Below, in pieces: positions 18,399 through 27,977 of a DNA stretch of 64,000 nucleotides. Position 1 is the first letter of the stretch; every line of letters starts with the position of its first letter. Under the pieces are notes generated by a model. That model saw only the letters and a list, made by a program, of their open reading frames with translations, searched no databases and was not told where the DNA came from. A program made the translations under genes and the position numbers. This DNA comes from an uncultured bacterium (GTDB taxonomy: Bacteria; Chloroflexota; UBA5177; JANWHV01): positions 320,001 through 384,000 of the forward strand of contig CAWHAE010000012.1 in assembly GCA_963827235.1 (NCBI GenBank), written 5' to 3'.

Positions 18399-20400
18399 TC
18401 GCTATGCTCTCGAGTTGTGAGACGATCTGGGTGACCTGCGCCACCGCCCGGTCCAGGTGCTGGCGCTCCTGCTCGGTGTCATGCTGGGCCGTCCCAAACT
18501 GCTTGCGCAACGTCTCGACGGTCTCCCTGTGGTCGGTGATCCTGGCGTCGATCTCCTTCTCGATCGCCAGTGCGGCCGTGTCGATCGGCTCCGCGACCTG
18601 GTTCTGCAGGTCTCCCAGCGCAGTCGTGCGCATGGACAGCAGCCGGTCGAGCACTTCCTTTTCCGCGTCGCGCTTCAAGTCGTCGATCAGCTCGTCGTTG
18701 TTCTGCACGGTCGCCACGGCCGCTCCCACCACGAACAGGGGCAGCAATGGCAGGCCGACTGCCACGCCGACCATCCCGGCTGCCAGCTGGTACAGCAGCG
18801 TACGGCCCAGGCCTTTGAATCCATGCGTGCCGCCGGACAGAATGAGGAACGGATCGAGAAGTATGACTCCGATGCTGGCCGCGATGCCCCGCTTGAGCAT
18901 GTCTTCCTGATCCTGGCTGCTGGTGTCGGACGGCTGATCCAGCCCGCCGAGAATGCGCGTCGCCTCGCGCAGCGTCGCCTCGACGTGCATGCCCTCGACG
19001 GCCACCTCCTCGGCCAGGGACTTGAGCTGCGCCTCGACGAAGCCGTTGAGGGACGACGCCCAGGGCTCCAGCTTGCCGATCGCGATCTCGCGAACCTTCT
19101 GCCGCAGCTCGTCGCGGATCTGCTGCCGCCGGAAGCTGTCTTGCATGCCCTCCACAATGCGCTGGGGCAGCTGTTTGCGCGCCCGGAACTCGAAGGCCGC
19201 CACCTCCTCCTTGATCGCCACCTCGACGCGAGGCAGCTCCGTGGTGGCGCGGGATCGGACCTCGTCGCGGATGGCCTGCCTGCGGACCGCGATGCGGTCA
19301 CGGATGGCCTGGCGTGGTCCCTCCAGCTTGCGCAGCGCCTCCTCGGCCGCCTGCACGCGGCGCTCGAACTCGTCGATCCCTGCCGTCAGCGCGGGCCCCC
19401 TGGCCCGCAGGCCGGCCACGGTCTCCGCCGCCAGCGCCCGCCCGCGGGCAATGGATCGCTCAAGGGCAACGCGCCCCGCTTCTTCAACCAGGAAACGTTC
19501 GAGGTCGGCACGGAAGGCGGCAAAAGCGGCGTGCAGGCCGGCGCGCTCCTCCTCGGGTGCCAGGTTCGGCTTGCACGATATCGCGTAGATGCGGTGCGCG
19601 CGCAGGTCCTGGCCGTTGTAGCCCACCTTGGGCTCTGGGACGAACAGCGACCAGGCACGCCTGCTCAAGGCCGCGATCTCGGCACCCGGATCGTCTGCCT
19701 CGTTGAAGATCCGATCCCACTTGTTGATCGCGAAGAAGACGTTGTCGATGTCCTCGTTAGCCAGCCGCGAGCGCACGAACCCCTCATCCTCGCTGCCAAG
19801 CTGCGCTGCGTCGGACACGAAGATGACGGCGTCGGCGGTCGGCAGTGCCTGGTGCGTCACTTCCGTCCGCCTCGTATGCTCGCCGAGCCCGGGCGAGTCG
19901 ACGATGTCGACGCCGTTGCGGCAGATCGCCGCCGGCACGGTCACTTCCGCACGCACGATCCGGGCCAGGCGCCGCTGGTTGTCGGCCTCGTCCGACTGAG
20001 CCAGCGTTATCTCCTCCGCCAGACGGTCCACCGGCACGCTGCGCTCGCTGCCGTCGTCCAGGAGCAGTCTCGCCGACACCTCGTCGCCGTAGCTGACTCT
20101 TGTCAGCACGGCCGTCGTGGGCGCGGCGCCGACCGGCAGCGTGTCGGCGCCAAGAAGAGTGTTGATCAGTGTCGACTTGCCGCGCTTGAACTCGCCGAGC
20201 ACGAGCAGCGTGAAGCGCTGGTGCGCGACCGCTGCCGATTGCTCGCGAATGCGCTCGGCGCGCCCGTGCTGGCCGGCTTCCTCGTTGACCTGCGCCAGCT
20301 CGTCCAGGCAGGCGGCAACGCGAGCGCGCCGCTCCGCGTACTCCTTCAGCGTGTGCTGTTCCAGCGCCTCGCCGGCGTCACTGCTAGTACCTGCAACCAT
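18388..20400 (-). CDS. Bacterial dynamin-like GTPase 1 (BDLP-type)
   Basis: GEFKRGKST, PTT, DSPG, NKWD, long helical trunk and a hydrophobic paddle-like segment (GIAASIGVILLDPF..GLPLLPLFVVGAAV); GAGGAGGA RBS. Confidence 0.9.
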   Translation of the reverse strand: MVAGTSSDAGEALEQHTLKEYAERRARVAACLDELAQVNEEAGQHGRAERIREQSAAVAHQRFTLLVLGEFKRGKSTLINTLLGADTLPVGAAPTTAVLTRVSYGDEVSARLLLDDGSERSVPVDRLAEEITLAQSDEADNQRRLARIVRAEVTVPAAICRNGVDIVDSPGLGEHTRRTEVTHQALPTADAVIFVSDAAQLGSEDEGFVRSRLANEDIDNVFFAINKWDRIFNEADDPGAEIAALSRRAWSLFVPEPKVGYNGQDLRAHRIYAISCKPNLAPEEERAGLHAAFAAFRADLERFLVEEAGRVALERSIARGRALAAETVAGLRARGPALTAGIDEFERRVQAAEEALRKLEGPRQAIRDRIAVRRQAIRDEVRSRATTELPRVEVAIKEEVAAFEFRARKQLPQRIVEGMQDSFRRQQIRDELRQKVREIAIGKLEPWASSLNGFVEAQLKSLAEEVAVEGMHVEATLREATRILGGLDQPSDTSSQDQEDMLKRGIAASIGVILLDPFLILSGGTHGFKGLGRTLLYQLAAGMVGVAVGLPLLPLFVVGAAVATVQNNDELIDDLKRDAEKEVLDRLLSMRTTALGDLQNQVAEPIDTAALAIEKEIDARITDHRETVETLRKQFGTAQHDTEQERQHLDRAVAQVTQIVSQLESIAIGN

Positions 20401-20453
20401 ATTCGTTCCTCCTCAGTGCACGGGCGCGGGCCGCGACGAGCATCGATACGTGC

Positions 20454-21749
20454 CTAGCCGAGGGCTCCCTGCCGGCGGGCAAGATACTCGATCTTCACGC
20501 GCAGATCCTCGATCACTTTGGGCCACAGAAACTCCTTGGCGGTCCGGTGCCCGGCCGAGCGCAGTCGCTCGGCAAGCGCGGGGCTGCGACGCAGCTCGAG
20601 CAGGTACTCCACCAGCTCGCCCGGGTCGGATGTCTCGGTGACCAGCGTGTTTTGCAGCGAGATCGCGTAGTCCTCGCCGGTACTGCCCACGACTGCTACT
20701 CCGCCCGCTGCCATGACCTCCAGTCCGACCAGGCCGAACGGCTCGTGACCACTGTTGGCCATGGTCGCCGCGGTGCCGGCGTAGAGCAGTCGCACGAACT
20801 CCTCCGGCAGGAAGAATGCCAGGTTGAGCACGTCCGCATGAATGTTCTGCTGCACCAGCTTGATGCAGTCCTTCACCGAGGGGCGCCGCTCGGGCGAGGT
20901 GACGTGGCTGACGTTCATGCCCGCCCAGCCGAGATAGCTCATCACCTCGCGCCCGTGCGGCTCCAGTCCGCCCCGCATCAGCCACAGCACCGGAATACCC
21001 ATGTGCTTGAGCTGCACGACCGCTTCGGCAGCCATCATCCAGCGCTTGTCCGGATCGAAGCGGCCTATCTTCAGCAGGGCGAATCGGTCGCCGAGCACCT
21101 TCTGCAGGGAGGTGAGATGCTTCGCGTCGACCGGGTTCAACGACCGCTCCGGGATGCCGTTCGGAATGACCAGAGGGTTGACTCCCTCCTGCCACATGCG
21201 GTGCTTCATATACCGGCTGACCGTCGTGATCGTCGTGGCATAGCCCAGGCGGCCCCAGTTGATTCGCCAGAACGAGAACACGTTGTTCGCATTCCAGAGG
21301 ATCACCGTGCGATTGCGGATGTGCGCGGCGTGCAGCTGGTCGCTGAGCAGGCACGCGCAATGCGCCGTGTGCCATTCTTCGGCCAGAACGACCAGGAGTT
21401 TGCCGGACGCTTCCGCCGGCCTGGCGATGCGCTCGACCACCCAGCCGGGCACCGACCCGTTGTAGTCGCGCACCTTCTCGTCCTCGCCCTGGTACACCCC
21501 GTTCGGGTAGTAGCCGCTGATCCACTGGCACCAGCGATGCCAATGCAGCCTGCCGTCGTGCAGCGTTTCCTCGCCGGGCAGCGCCGGATCGCCAATGAAG
21601 ATCAGATGCGTCTCGTAGCCCTGTCCGGCAAGACTGTCGGCGAGCTCGGTCACGCGTACGCCCAGACCCCCGGCCTGAGAATAGATGTCCGGCCCCTCGA
21701 ACGACAGAAGAACGAATACCGTGTTATCGGGCTCGATTCTGGTAGTCAT
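20454..21749 (-). CDS. Glycosyltransferase family 4 (GT-B)
   Basis: AGGLG N-terminal motif, IPNGI, IGRFDPDK, HEPFGLVGLEVMAAG (ExFGLxxLEAM). Confidence 0.88.
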   Translation of the reverse strand: MTTRIEPDNTVFVLLSFEGPDIYSQAGGLGVRVTELADSLAGQGYETHLIFIGDPALPGEETLHDGRLHWHRWCQWISGYYPNGVYQGEDEKVRDYNGSVPGWVVERIARPAEASGKLLVVLAEEWHTAHCACLLSDQLHAAHIRNRTVILWNANNVFSFWRINWGRLGYATTITTVSRYMKHRMWQEGVNPLVIPNGIPERSLNPVDAKHLTSLQKVLGDRFALLKIGRFDPDKRWMMAAEAVVQLKHMGIPVLWLMRGGLEPHGREVMSYLGWAGMNVSHVTSPERRPSVKDCIKLVQQNIHADVLNLAFFLPEEFVRLLYAGTAATMANSGHEPFGLVGLEVMAAGGVAVVGSTGEDYAISLQNTLVTETSDPGELVEYLLELRRSPALAERLRSAGHRTAKEFLWPKVIEDLRVKIEYLARRQGALG

Positions 21750-21940
21750 GGGTCCCCTCATCGTAACTCACTGCACGCGCGGAGAATGAGATTGCGCCCT
21801 TGAAGGCAGTATAGCCAGAGCAGCCTGTATAACGTTGAGGAAACGGCTTCCGTGGCTCGCGGCGGCCGGCAGCCGCGTGAGGGAAGGTCAGGTTCTTTGA
21901 CTCAGCGCACTGCTATGATGTGAGTTAGAATAGCCGTGCG

Positions 21941-22102
21941 GTGAAGTGCGTCTCCTGCGACACGGAATTCGGAAACCGGACCGGAATCGCTGTGTGCTCG
22001 CGGTGCGTGGAAGTTGCATACTTTTGCCGGCGAGGCCGAGCGCGACGTCGTTGGCTCATGGTGTCTCGTACTGAGCGACCAGAACGGGTATTGGGGAGCT
22101 GA
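21941..22102 (+). CDS. Putative 53-aa CxxC-x12-CxxC zinc-ribbon microprotein
   Basis: Manual translation MKCVSCDTEFGNRTGIAVCSRCVEVAYFCRRGRARRRWLMVSRTERPERVLGS*; ends 3 nt before the next ATG; extended -10 TGcTATGAT at 21911-21919; RBS weak. Confidence 0.4.
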   Translation: MKCVSCDTEFGNRTGIAVCSRCVEVAYFCRRGRARRRWLMVSRTERPERVLGS

Positions 22103-22105
22103 GAG

Positions 22106-24625
22106 ATGAAAGCGGTAGTGATGGCGGGCGGAGAGGGCTCTCGCCTGCGCCCGTTGACGGTCGGCCGGCCGAAGCCGATGGTGCCGGTGGTCAACCGTCC
22201 CGTCATGGAGCACATTCTGCTGCTGCTGAAGCGACACGGCATCACTGAGGTCGTGGTAACCCTGCAATACATGGCCGGCGCCATTCAGAGCTACTTCGGT
22301 GACGGCTCGCAGCTCGGCATGAAGATCGAGTATACGGTTGAGGACGTGCCGCTGGGGACTGCCGGGAGCGTCAAACAGGCGCAGCACCTTCTGACGGAGA
22401 CATTCGTTGTGATCAGCGGCGACGCCTTGACCGACTACGATCTCTCCGCGATCATCGAGAACCACCGGCGCCGGGGCGCCATGGCGACCCTTACCCTGGC
22501 TCGCGTTCCCAACCCGCTGGAGTACGGCGTGGTGATCACCAACGACGACGGCACGGTGCGCCAGTTCCTGGAGAAGCCAAGCTGGAGCGAGGTCTTCAGC
22601 GATACGGTGAACACGGGAATCTATGTGCTGGAACCGAAGGTGCTCAACTACTGCCCGAGCTCGCAGTCGTTTGACTTCAGCCAGGACCTCTTCCCCATCC
22701 TGATGCGTAACGGCGATCCCATATACGGCTACATCGCGGAAGGCTACTGGTGCGATATCGGCAACCTCGAGGAGTACGCCCGTGCTACCCGCGATGTGCT
22801 CGAGGGCCGCGTCCAGGTCGGCCCCATGGGCAAGGACATGGGCAACGGAATCTGGATGGGCGAGCGCGTGGATGTGGCGCCCGACGCCCGTCTCGTGGGA
22901 CCGCTCTGGCTCGGCGACGAAGTGAAGATCGGCCCCGGCGCCGAGATCATCGGGCCGTCCGTGCTGCTCGAAAACGTGATCGTGGACACCATGGCCACGG
23001 TCGAGCGCAGCATTCTCTGGCGCTCGTGCTACATCGGCGAGCGCGCGGAGATACGCGGTGCGCTGCTCACCCGCCAGGTCAGCGTGAAGAGCAATGCCTC
23101 TATCTTCGAGGGTGCGGTGGTCGGCGACGCCTGCACGATCGAAGAAGGTGCGATTATCCGCCCCAACGTCAAGATCTGGCCCAACAAGCAGGTGGAGGCC
23201 GGAGCTACCGTCTCCAGCAGCATCATCTATGGCCAGCAGGGCCGGCGCCTGCTCTTCGGCCGGCATGGGGTCAGCGGTCTCACGAACATCGACATGACGC
23301 CGGAGTTCGCGGCGAAGCTCGGCGCTGCCTACGGCGGCACCCTGCCCATCCACTCCACCGTGGCCGTGAACCGCGATCTCCACCGGCCCTCCCGCATGAT
23401 CAAGCGCGGCATCATCTCCGGCCTCACCTCGGCCGGAATCAGCGTGCTCGATCTGCAGTCCCTTCCGCTTCCCGCCGCGCGCTACTTCACGCGCGTGTCC
23501 TCCGTGCTCGGCGCGGCGCACGTGCGCGTGTCGCTCAACGACTCACGCATGATCGACGTCAAGCTGATCGACAGGAACGGCCGCGACGCCGACCGCCAGA
23601 TGGAGCGCAAGGTCGAGAGCCTGTTCTTCCGCGAGGACTTCCGTCGCTCGCAGATCGACGAGATCGGTCTCATCACCTATGCACCCGAGGCGGAGTGGCG
23701 CTACCGGGAGGGCTTCCTGCGGGCCATCGACGCCGAGGCGGTGGCCATCTCTACGCCGCACCTGGTGATCGATTACGGCCAGGGTACTACCGCGAGCATC
23801 CTTCCGGGCCTCCTGGCCCAGCTCGGCTGCAAGGTCGTGGCTCTCAGCGCGGGCGTCGAAGACAACCGGCTGACCCAGGCCAAGGGCGACCCGGTGGAAA
23901 CGCTCCGGCAGCTGCAGGCCATCACCGCCGCCCTGCCGACGGAGCTCGGCGTGGGCATGGAGATGAGCGGCGAGCGCGTCTCGCTCGTCGACGGGCAGGG
24001 CCGCGCGGTGCCGCCCATGACGGCGTTGGCCGCCGTGACCTCGCTGGTGCTGCAGTCGGAGAGCGGCAACGTGGACCGCAACGGCGCGCCGCCTGTCGTG
24101 GTGGCCGTGCCGGTGACCGCGCCCAGCATCCTGGAGACGATTGCCGAGCGCTATGGCGGGCAGATTCTCCGCACCAAGGCCAACAGCCAGGCAATCATGG
24201 TGGCGGCCACCGGCGAGAACGTCGTCCTGGCCGGTGACGGCGAAGGCGGCCTGATCTTCCCGCGCTTCCACCCCAGCTTCGACGGCATGTTCGCCGTGGC
24301 CAAGGTCCTGGAGCTGCTGGCTGTGCAGGGCACCTCGTTTGGCGCCGTCGTCTCCTCGCTGCCGCGCTACTACCAGAGCACGACCAGCGTGACCTGCGCC
24401 TGGGAAGTCAAGGGCAGGGTCATGCGCATGCTGAACGAAAACTTCCGCAGCCAGCGTGGGCGCCACATAGACGGCATTCGCATCGAGCTCGGCGAGGACT
24501 GGGTCCTCGTGCTCCCGGACGCCGACCGCCCGCTGTTCCACATCGTGGCCGAAGCGCGCAGCGAACAGGCGGCAAAGTCTCTCGCCGAGGAGTATGCGTC
24601 GGTCGTCAACGGCTTGCAGCACTGA
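22106..24625 (+). CDS. Bifunctional mannose-1-phosphate guanylyltransferase / phosphomannomutase-like protein
   Basis: [37 protein letters not shown], hexapeptide LbH region, then LFG..GVSG and a PGM/PMM fold. Confidence 0.9.
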   Translation: MKAVVMAGGEGSRLRPLTVGRPKPMVPVVNRPVMEHILLLLKRHGITEVVVTLQYMAGAIQSYFGDGSQLGMKIEYTVEDVPLGTAGSVKQAQHLLTETFVVISGDALTDYDLSAIIENHRRRGAMATLTLARVPNPLEYGVVITNDDGTVRQFLEKPSWSEVFSDTVNTGIYVLEPKVLNYCPSSQSFDFSQDLFPILMRNGDPIYGYIAEGYWCDIGNLEEYARATRDVLEGRVQVGPMGKDMGNGIWMGERVDVAPDARLVGPLWLGDEVKIGPGAEIIGPSVLLENVIVDTMATVERSILWRSCYIGERAEIRGALLTRQVSVKSNASIFEGAVVGDACTIEEGAIIRPNVKIWPNKQVEAGATVSSSIIYGQQGRRLLFGRHGVSGLTNIDMTPEFAAKLGAAYGGTLPIHSTVAVNRDLHRPSRMIKRGIISGLTSAGISVLDLQSLPLPAARYFTRVSSVLGAAHVRVSLNDSRMIDVKLIDRNGRDADRQMERKVESLFFREDFRRSQIDEIGLITYAPEAEWRYREGFLRAIDAEAVAISTPHLVIDYGQGTTASILPGLLAQLGCKVVALSAGVEDNRLTQAKGDPVETLRQLQAITAALPTELGVGMEMSGERVSLVDGQGRAVPPMTALAAVTSLVLQSESGNVDRNGAPPVVVAVPVTAPSILETIAERYGGQILRTKANSQAIMVAATGENVVLAGDGEGGLIFPRFHPSFDGMFAVAKVLELLAVQGTSFGAVVSSLPRYYQSTTSVTCAWEVKGRVMRMLNENFRSQRGRHIDGIRIELGEDWVLVLPDADRPLFHIVAEARSEQAAKSLAEEYASVVNGLQH

Positions 24626-24641
24626 CGGCGCCTCGATACCA

Positions 24642-24657
24642 TGTTTCATGTGAAACG
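24642..24657. promoter_or_regulatory. parS: Canonical-type chromosomal parS (TGTTTCATGTGAAACG)
   Basis: 14/16 match to TGTTTCACGTGAAACA; intergenic and AT-rich against a GC-rich background. Confidence 0.7.
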
Positions 24658-25138
24658 GGCCCGGCATCAGGCACCGTCCGGCTTCTGCTGCGCCTCGCGC
24701 CGCCCGCTGCGGCGTAGTCCACGATCGTGAAGCCATCGCTCGCGGCCGTTGTGCTATGGCCCGCAGTGGTCGTGATGCCGTTGTCGTTAGCGGCCCAGCG
24801 CCCGGCCCGCGACGTTCGGCGTCATGCCCGGCGAAACTTGATAGCGCTCGGCAAAATAGCCACTATGCCGCAGATCGTCCTCTTGCCCCGCTCGTCCGGC
24901 GCGCGTAGCTCCAGCGCCAGGGCTTGCAACAAGGGGCGGACGAGCTCAAGCCCACGAGTCGAAAGGCGCACGCAGCGGCCGGGTCGCCCTGCCTGAGGGC
25001 GCGCGCCGGCACGCTCGGATCCTGCGCCTGCGCGCATCACGCTTTCTTCTGCCTGCCTTTCGGCCAGCATTCCCAGGATGAGCCGGCCAATGCCTGACGG
25101 CGCGCACAGCGTACATGTACCTCCTGCCTTGGGGCCGG

Positions 25139-27667
25139 CTACCGTGGCCCCATGCTCAGGATGGTGCCCAGGCCCACGGCCCAGCCATGCCGGCTATCGG
25201 TGAGCGCCGTGCTGATGAGCGGGCGGGTGGTGCCGCTGAGCTGAGGTTCCCAGGTGCTGCCGCCGTCTGTGGTTCGTAGCATGCTGCCGGACCAGCCCAC
25301 AACCCAGCATATCTGGGCGTTCACACACGAGATGGAAAAGAGCTGCTGGCCCGTGCCGCTGTCCTGCGCATTCCAACTGGCGCCGCCGTTGGTCGTTGCC
25401 AGAATCGTGCCCGAGTCCCCGACGGCCCAGCCGTGCCGGCTATCGCTGAAGGCTACACCGCGCAGCGCCTTGTGGGTGGGGCTACTTTGCGTGTGCCAGG
25501 TAGCGCCACCGTCGGAGGTGTGCAGGATAGTCCCGGACGAGCCGACCGCCCAGCCGTGTCCCGCGCCGGCAAAGGCCACTGCCAACAGGTCTTTGTTGCT
25601 GGGGCTGCCTTGCGCGTGCCATGTTACGCCGCCATCAGCGGTGTGCAGGATGGTGCCGGACATGCCGGCGATCCATCCCTGCCGAGCACCGGTAAAGTCC
25701 ACGTCGCGCAGCTCTTCGCGGGCGCCGCCGATCTGGGCTTGCCAGGTGGCGCCTCCGTCCGCGGTATGCAAGATGGTGCCGGACGTGCCGACGGCCCAGG
25801 CAAGCCGGTCGCCCGACGCTGCCACGCCCTCGAGGTTCTCGCCGGTTCGGCCGGCCTGCAGATGCCAGGATCGGCCGCCGTCTGCAGTGTGCAGGATGGA
25901 ACCACGGCCGCCTACCGCCCAAGCGTTCTCCCGACTTGCCGCGACGGCGTGAAGGTCCTGGCCATGGCCGGCGGGCACGCTGGTCCAGGCGGCACCCCCA
26001 TTGCCACGGCCGAGCACCCAGGGTCCGCTTACCGGTAGGGTAGCAGGAGCATGGAGGGTGGCGGCGAAGATCTTGACGATGCCAGGATTGCCGTTCGGGC
26101 CATCGCTTCCCGACGCGCCCACGTTCCCCTCGTTGTCTGAAGCAGTGCCGGCTGCGCCGCCGGCGCCGCCGAGTACGGAGAGCGTGCCCGTGAGCTGCAG
26201 ATCGCCGGCCAGTAGGAGTATTCCGCCCCCGGAGCCGCCGCCACCGCCGTCACCGGCCCCGCTACAACCCGAGTCCGGCGTGCAGGCGCCGCAGCCACCA
26301 GGGTCGCCGCTGCCACCGTTGGCCGAGATCGTGCCGCCGATCACCATTCTCTGAGCAAGCAGGACGATGGCGCCGCCGCCTTTACCGCCGAAGCCGTCGT
26401 CGTGGCCGGAGCACGACTCCATGCCGGCGGCGCCATTCTGGCCGGCGACACCGGGATGGGGAAAGCGCTGGTCGGGATTGGGCGTGCCTGCGGAGGCGTA
26501 GGTGCCCGTGGCCTCTCCGGTCGGGTGCGCGCTGCCCGTGGCGGCCAGGATCGCCCCGGCACCCACGTAGAGCGTCTCGGTGCGCAGAATGAGCGTGGAT
26601 CCGGCCAGCAGCGTTGCGCCGGTCGACAGGCAGACGTGCGGGTACGTGTGGTCGCCCGAGAGGGTCAGGCGACTACTCTGGCCCAGGCTCAGGTCGCCGG
26701 TGCCGCAGGCCATGCCCGATGTCGCCTGGGCAAGGGAAAGGATGGGCTGCCTGGCGGGGCCCGGCTGCAGCTGGCCGAGGCTGGACGCCGCCGGGGGCAG
26801 CGGCGGCAGGGCGGCGGCCTGTGCCGCGGTCAGCGCCGCCGCAGCCACCTTACCAGTGGGCCCGGGCGAGCCGCCCGGACTACCGGCGGCGCCCCCAAGA
26901 GCCTTCGCGCGCACCGTCAGGCTCGCGTCCAGTAGCGACGGCAGCAGCAGAGTGACCGTGCCTCCCTTGCCGCCGTTGCCGCCCACGAGCTGGCTGGAAT
27001 CGGAGCTCGAGGTATCGCCGCCGGTGCTGTCGCCGGCATCGTTGCCACCGCCGCCGCCGTCTGCACTGATGGTGCCTTCCAGGTCAAGCTGCGCGGTCTG
27101 GAGGGTGATGCTGCCACCATCCCCACCATCAGCGGCAGGCTGGGGGCTATCGCACGGGCCGGGCCCGCTGGCCGAGACGGGGTAGATATGCACTGCATCC
27201 GAGCCGTTGCCGCCGTTCGCGGCGATGGAGCCCAGAATCACGGCGCGCCGAGCCGCGATAGCGATGGTGCCGCCGGCGTCGCCGCTACTGCCGCAATCTC
27301 CCGGAGCTCCGTTGGCCTGAATGCTGCTCGATGCATCCACGTAGAGCTCGCCCACGCGCAGGTTCAGGCCGGAGGCGAGCAGGGTGCCGTCGTCCAGCAC
27401 GCACACGCGGCCGTAGGCGAGGTCACCGCTGAGGTCTGCCGTGCCCTTATCCACCAGGACATCGCACAGCGCGGCGGGCGGAGCGCCGGTACCCGACGGC
27501 GAGGCCGGTGAGACCACTGCACCGCGGGCACCGGCGGCGGTGCTGCCGGCGAGGCCGCCGGTGCGAAGGGGTAGCAGCCAGAGCACCAACGCCGCCAGGA
27601 GGAGCAAAGGTGGCGCGGCGGATCGTCGCCGGGTCCACAAGCCCTTGTCGTAGCCAGCGCGCGCCAT
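25139..27667 (-). CDS. Exported protein with two Gly-rich domains and a C-terminal YCF48/BNR beta-propeller
   Basis: N-terminal hydrophobic segment; GGxGGxI.(I/L).A....G.I.A.GG repeats; six 'GWAVG..GTILHT.DGG.TW' blades. Confidence 0.8.
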   Translation of the reverse strand: MARAGYDKGLWTRRRSAAPPLLLLAALVLWLLPLRTGGLAGSTAAGARGAVVSPASPSGTGAPPAALCDVLVDKGTADLSGDLAYGRVCVLDDGTLLASGLNLRVGELYVDASSSIQANGAPGDCGSSGDAGGTIAIAARRAVILGSIAANGGNGSDAVHIYPVSASGPGPCDSPQPAADGGDGGSITLQTAQLDLEGTISADGGGGGNDAGDSTGGDTSSSDSSQLVGGNGGKGGTVTLLLPSLLDASLTVRAKALGGAAGSPGGSPGPTGKVAAAALTAAQAAALPPLPPAASSLGQLQPGPARQPILSLAQATSGMACGTGDLSLGQSSRLTLSGDHTYPHVCLSTGATLLAGSTLILRTETLYVGAGAILAATGSAHPTGEATGTYASAGTPNPDQRFPHPGVAGQNGAAGMESCSGHDDGFGGKGGGAIVLLAQRMVIGGTISANGGSGDPGGCGACTPDSGCSGAGDGGGGGSGGGILLLAGDLQLTGTLSVLGGAGGAAGTASDNEGNVGASGSDGPNGNPGIVKIFAATLHAPATLPVSGPWVLGRGNGGAAWTSVPAGHGQDLHAVAASRENAWAVGGRGSILHTADGGRSWHLQAGRTGENLEGVAASGDRLAWAVGTSGTILHTADGGATWQAQIGGAREELRDVDFTGARQGWIAGMSGTILHTADGGVTWHAQGSPSNKDLLAVAFAGAGHGWAVGSSGTILHTSDGGATWHTQSSPTHKALRGVAFSDSRHGWAVGDSGTILATTNGGASWNAQDSGTGQQLFSISCVNAQICWVVGWSGSMLRTTDGGSTWEPQLSGTTRPLISTALTDSRHGWAVGLGTILSMGPR

Positions 27668-27977
27668 GATGCAGCTCCTTTCACGCTCTGTTCAGGTCGC
27701 CATCCCTTCGGGCGACGGCGGGCAGTCGCCAATCCTCTTCGTCCGGTACTCACACCATACTTCCCGAAGCTTGCGGCCCTGTTGCACGCCGGGTGCCGAA
27801 GCGGCCTCTGGGAACAGCGGCGGTCTTGTGCTACGCCGCGACCAATCTTGGGAAGCAGGCCCTGTGGCCATGTGCCGCCTACCCGCCGTGTATGGCCAGC
27901 AAATAGTCTGCGGCGCGAGGCCGGAGCGTGGGTGCCCATGGTGAGCCCGGGCCAGCCATGGCGGTGGTGTGATCATG

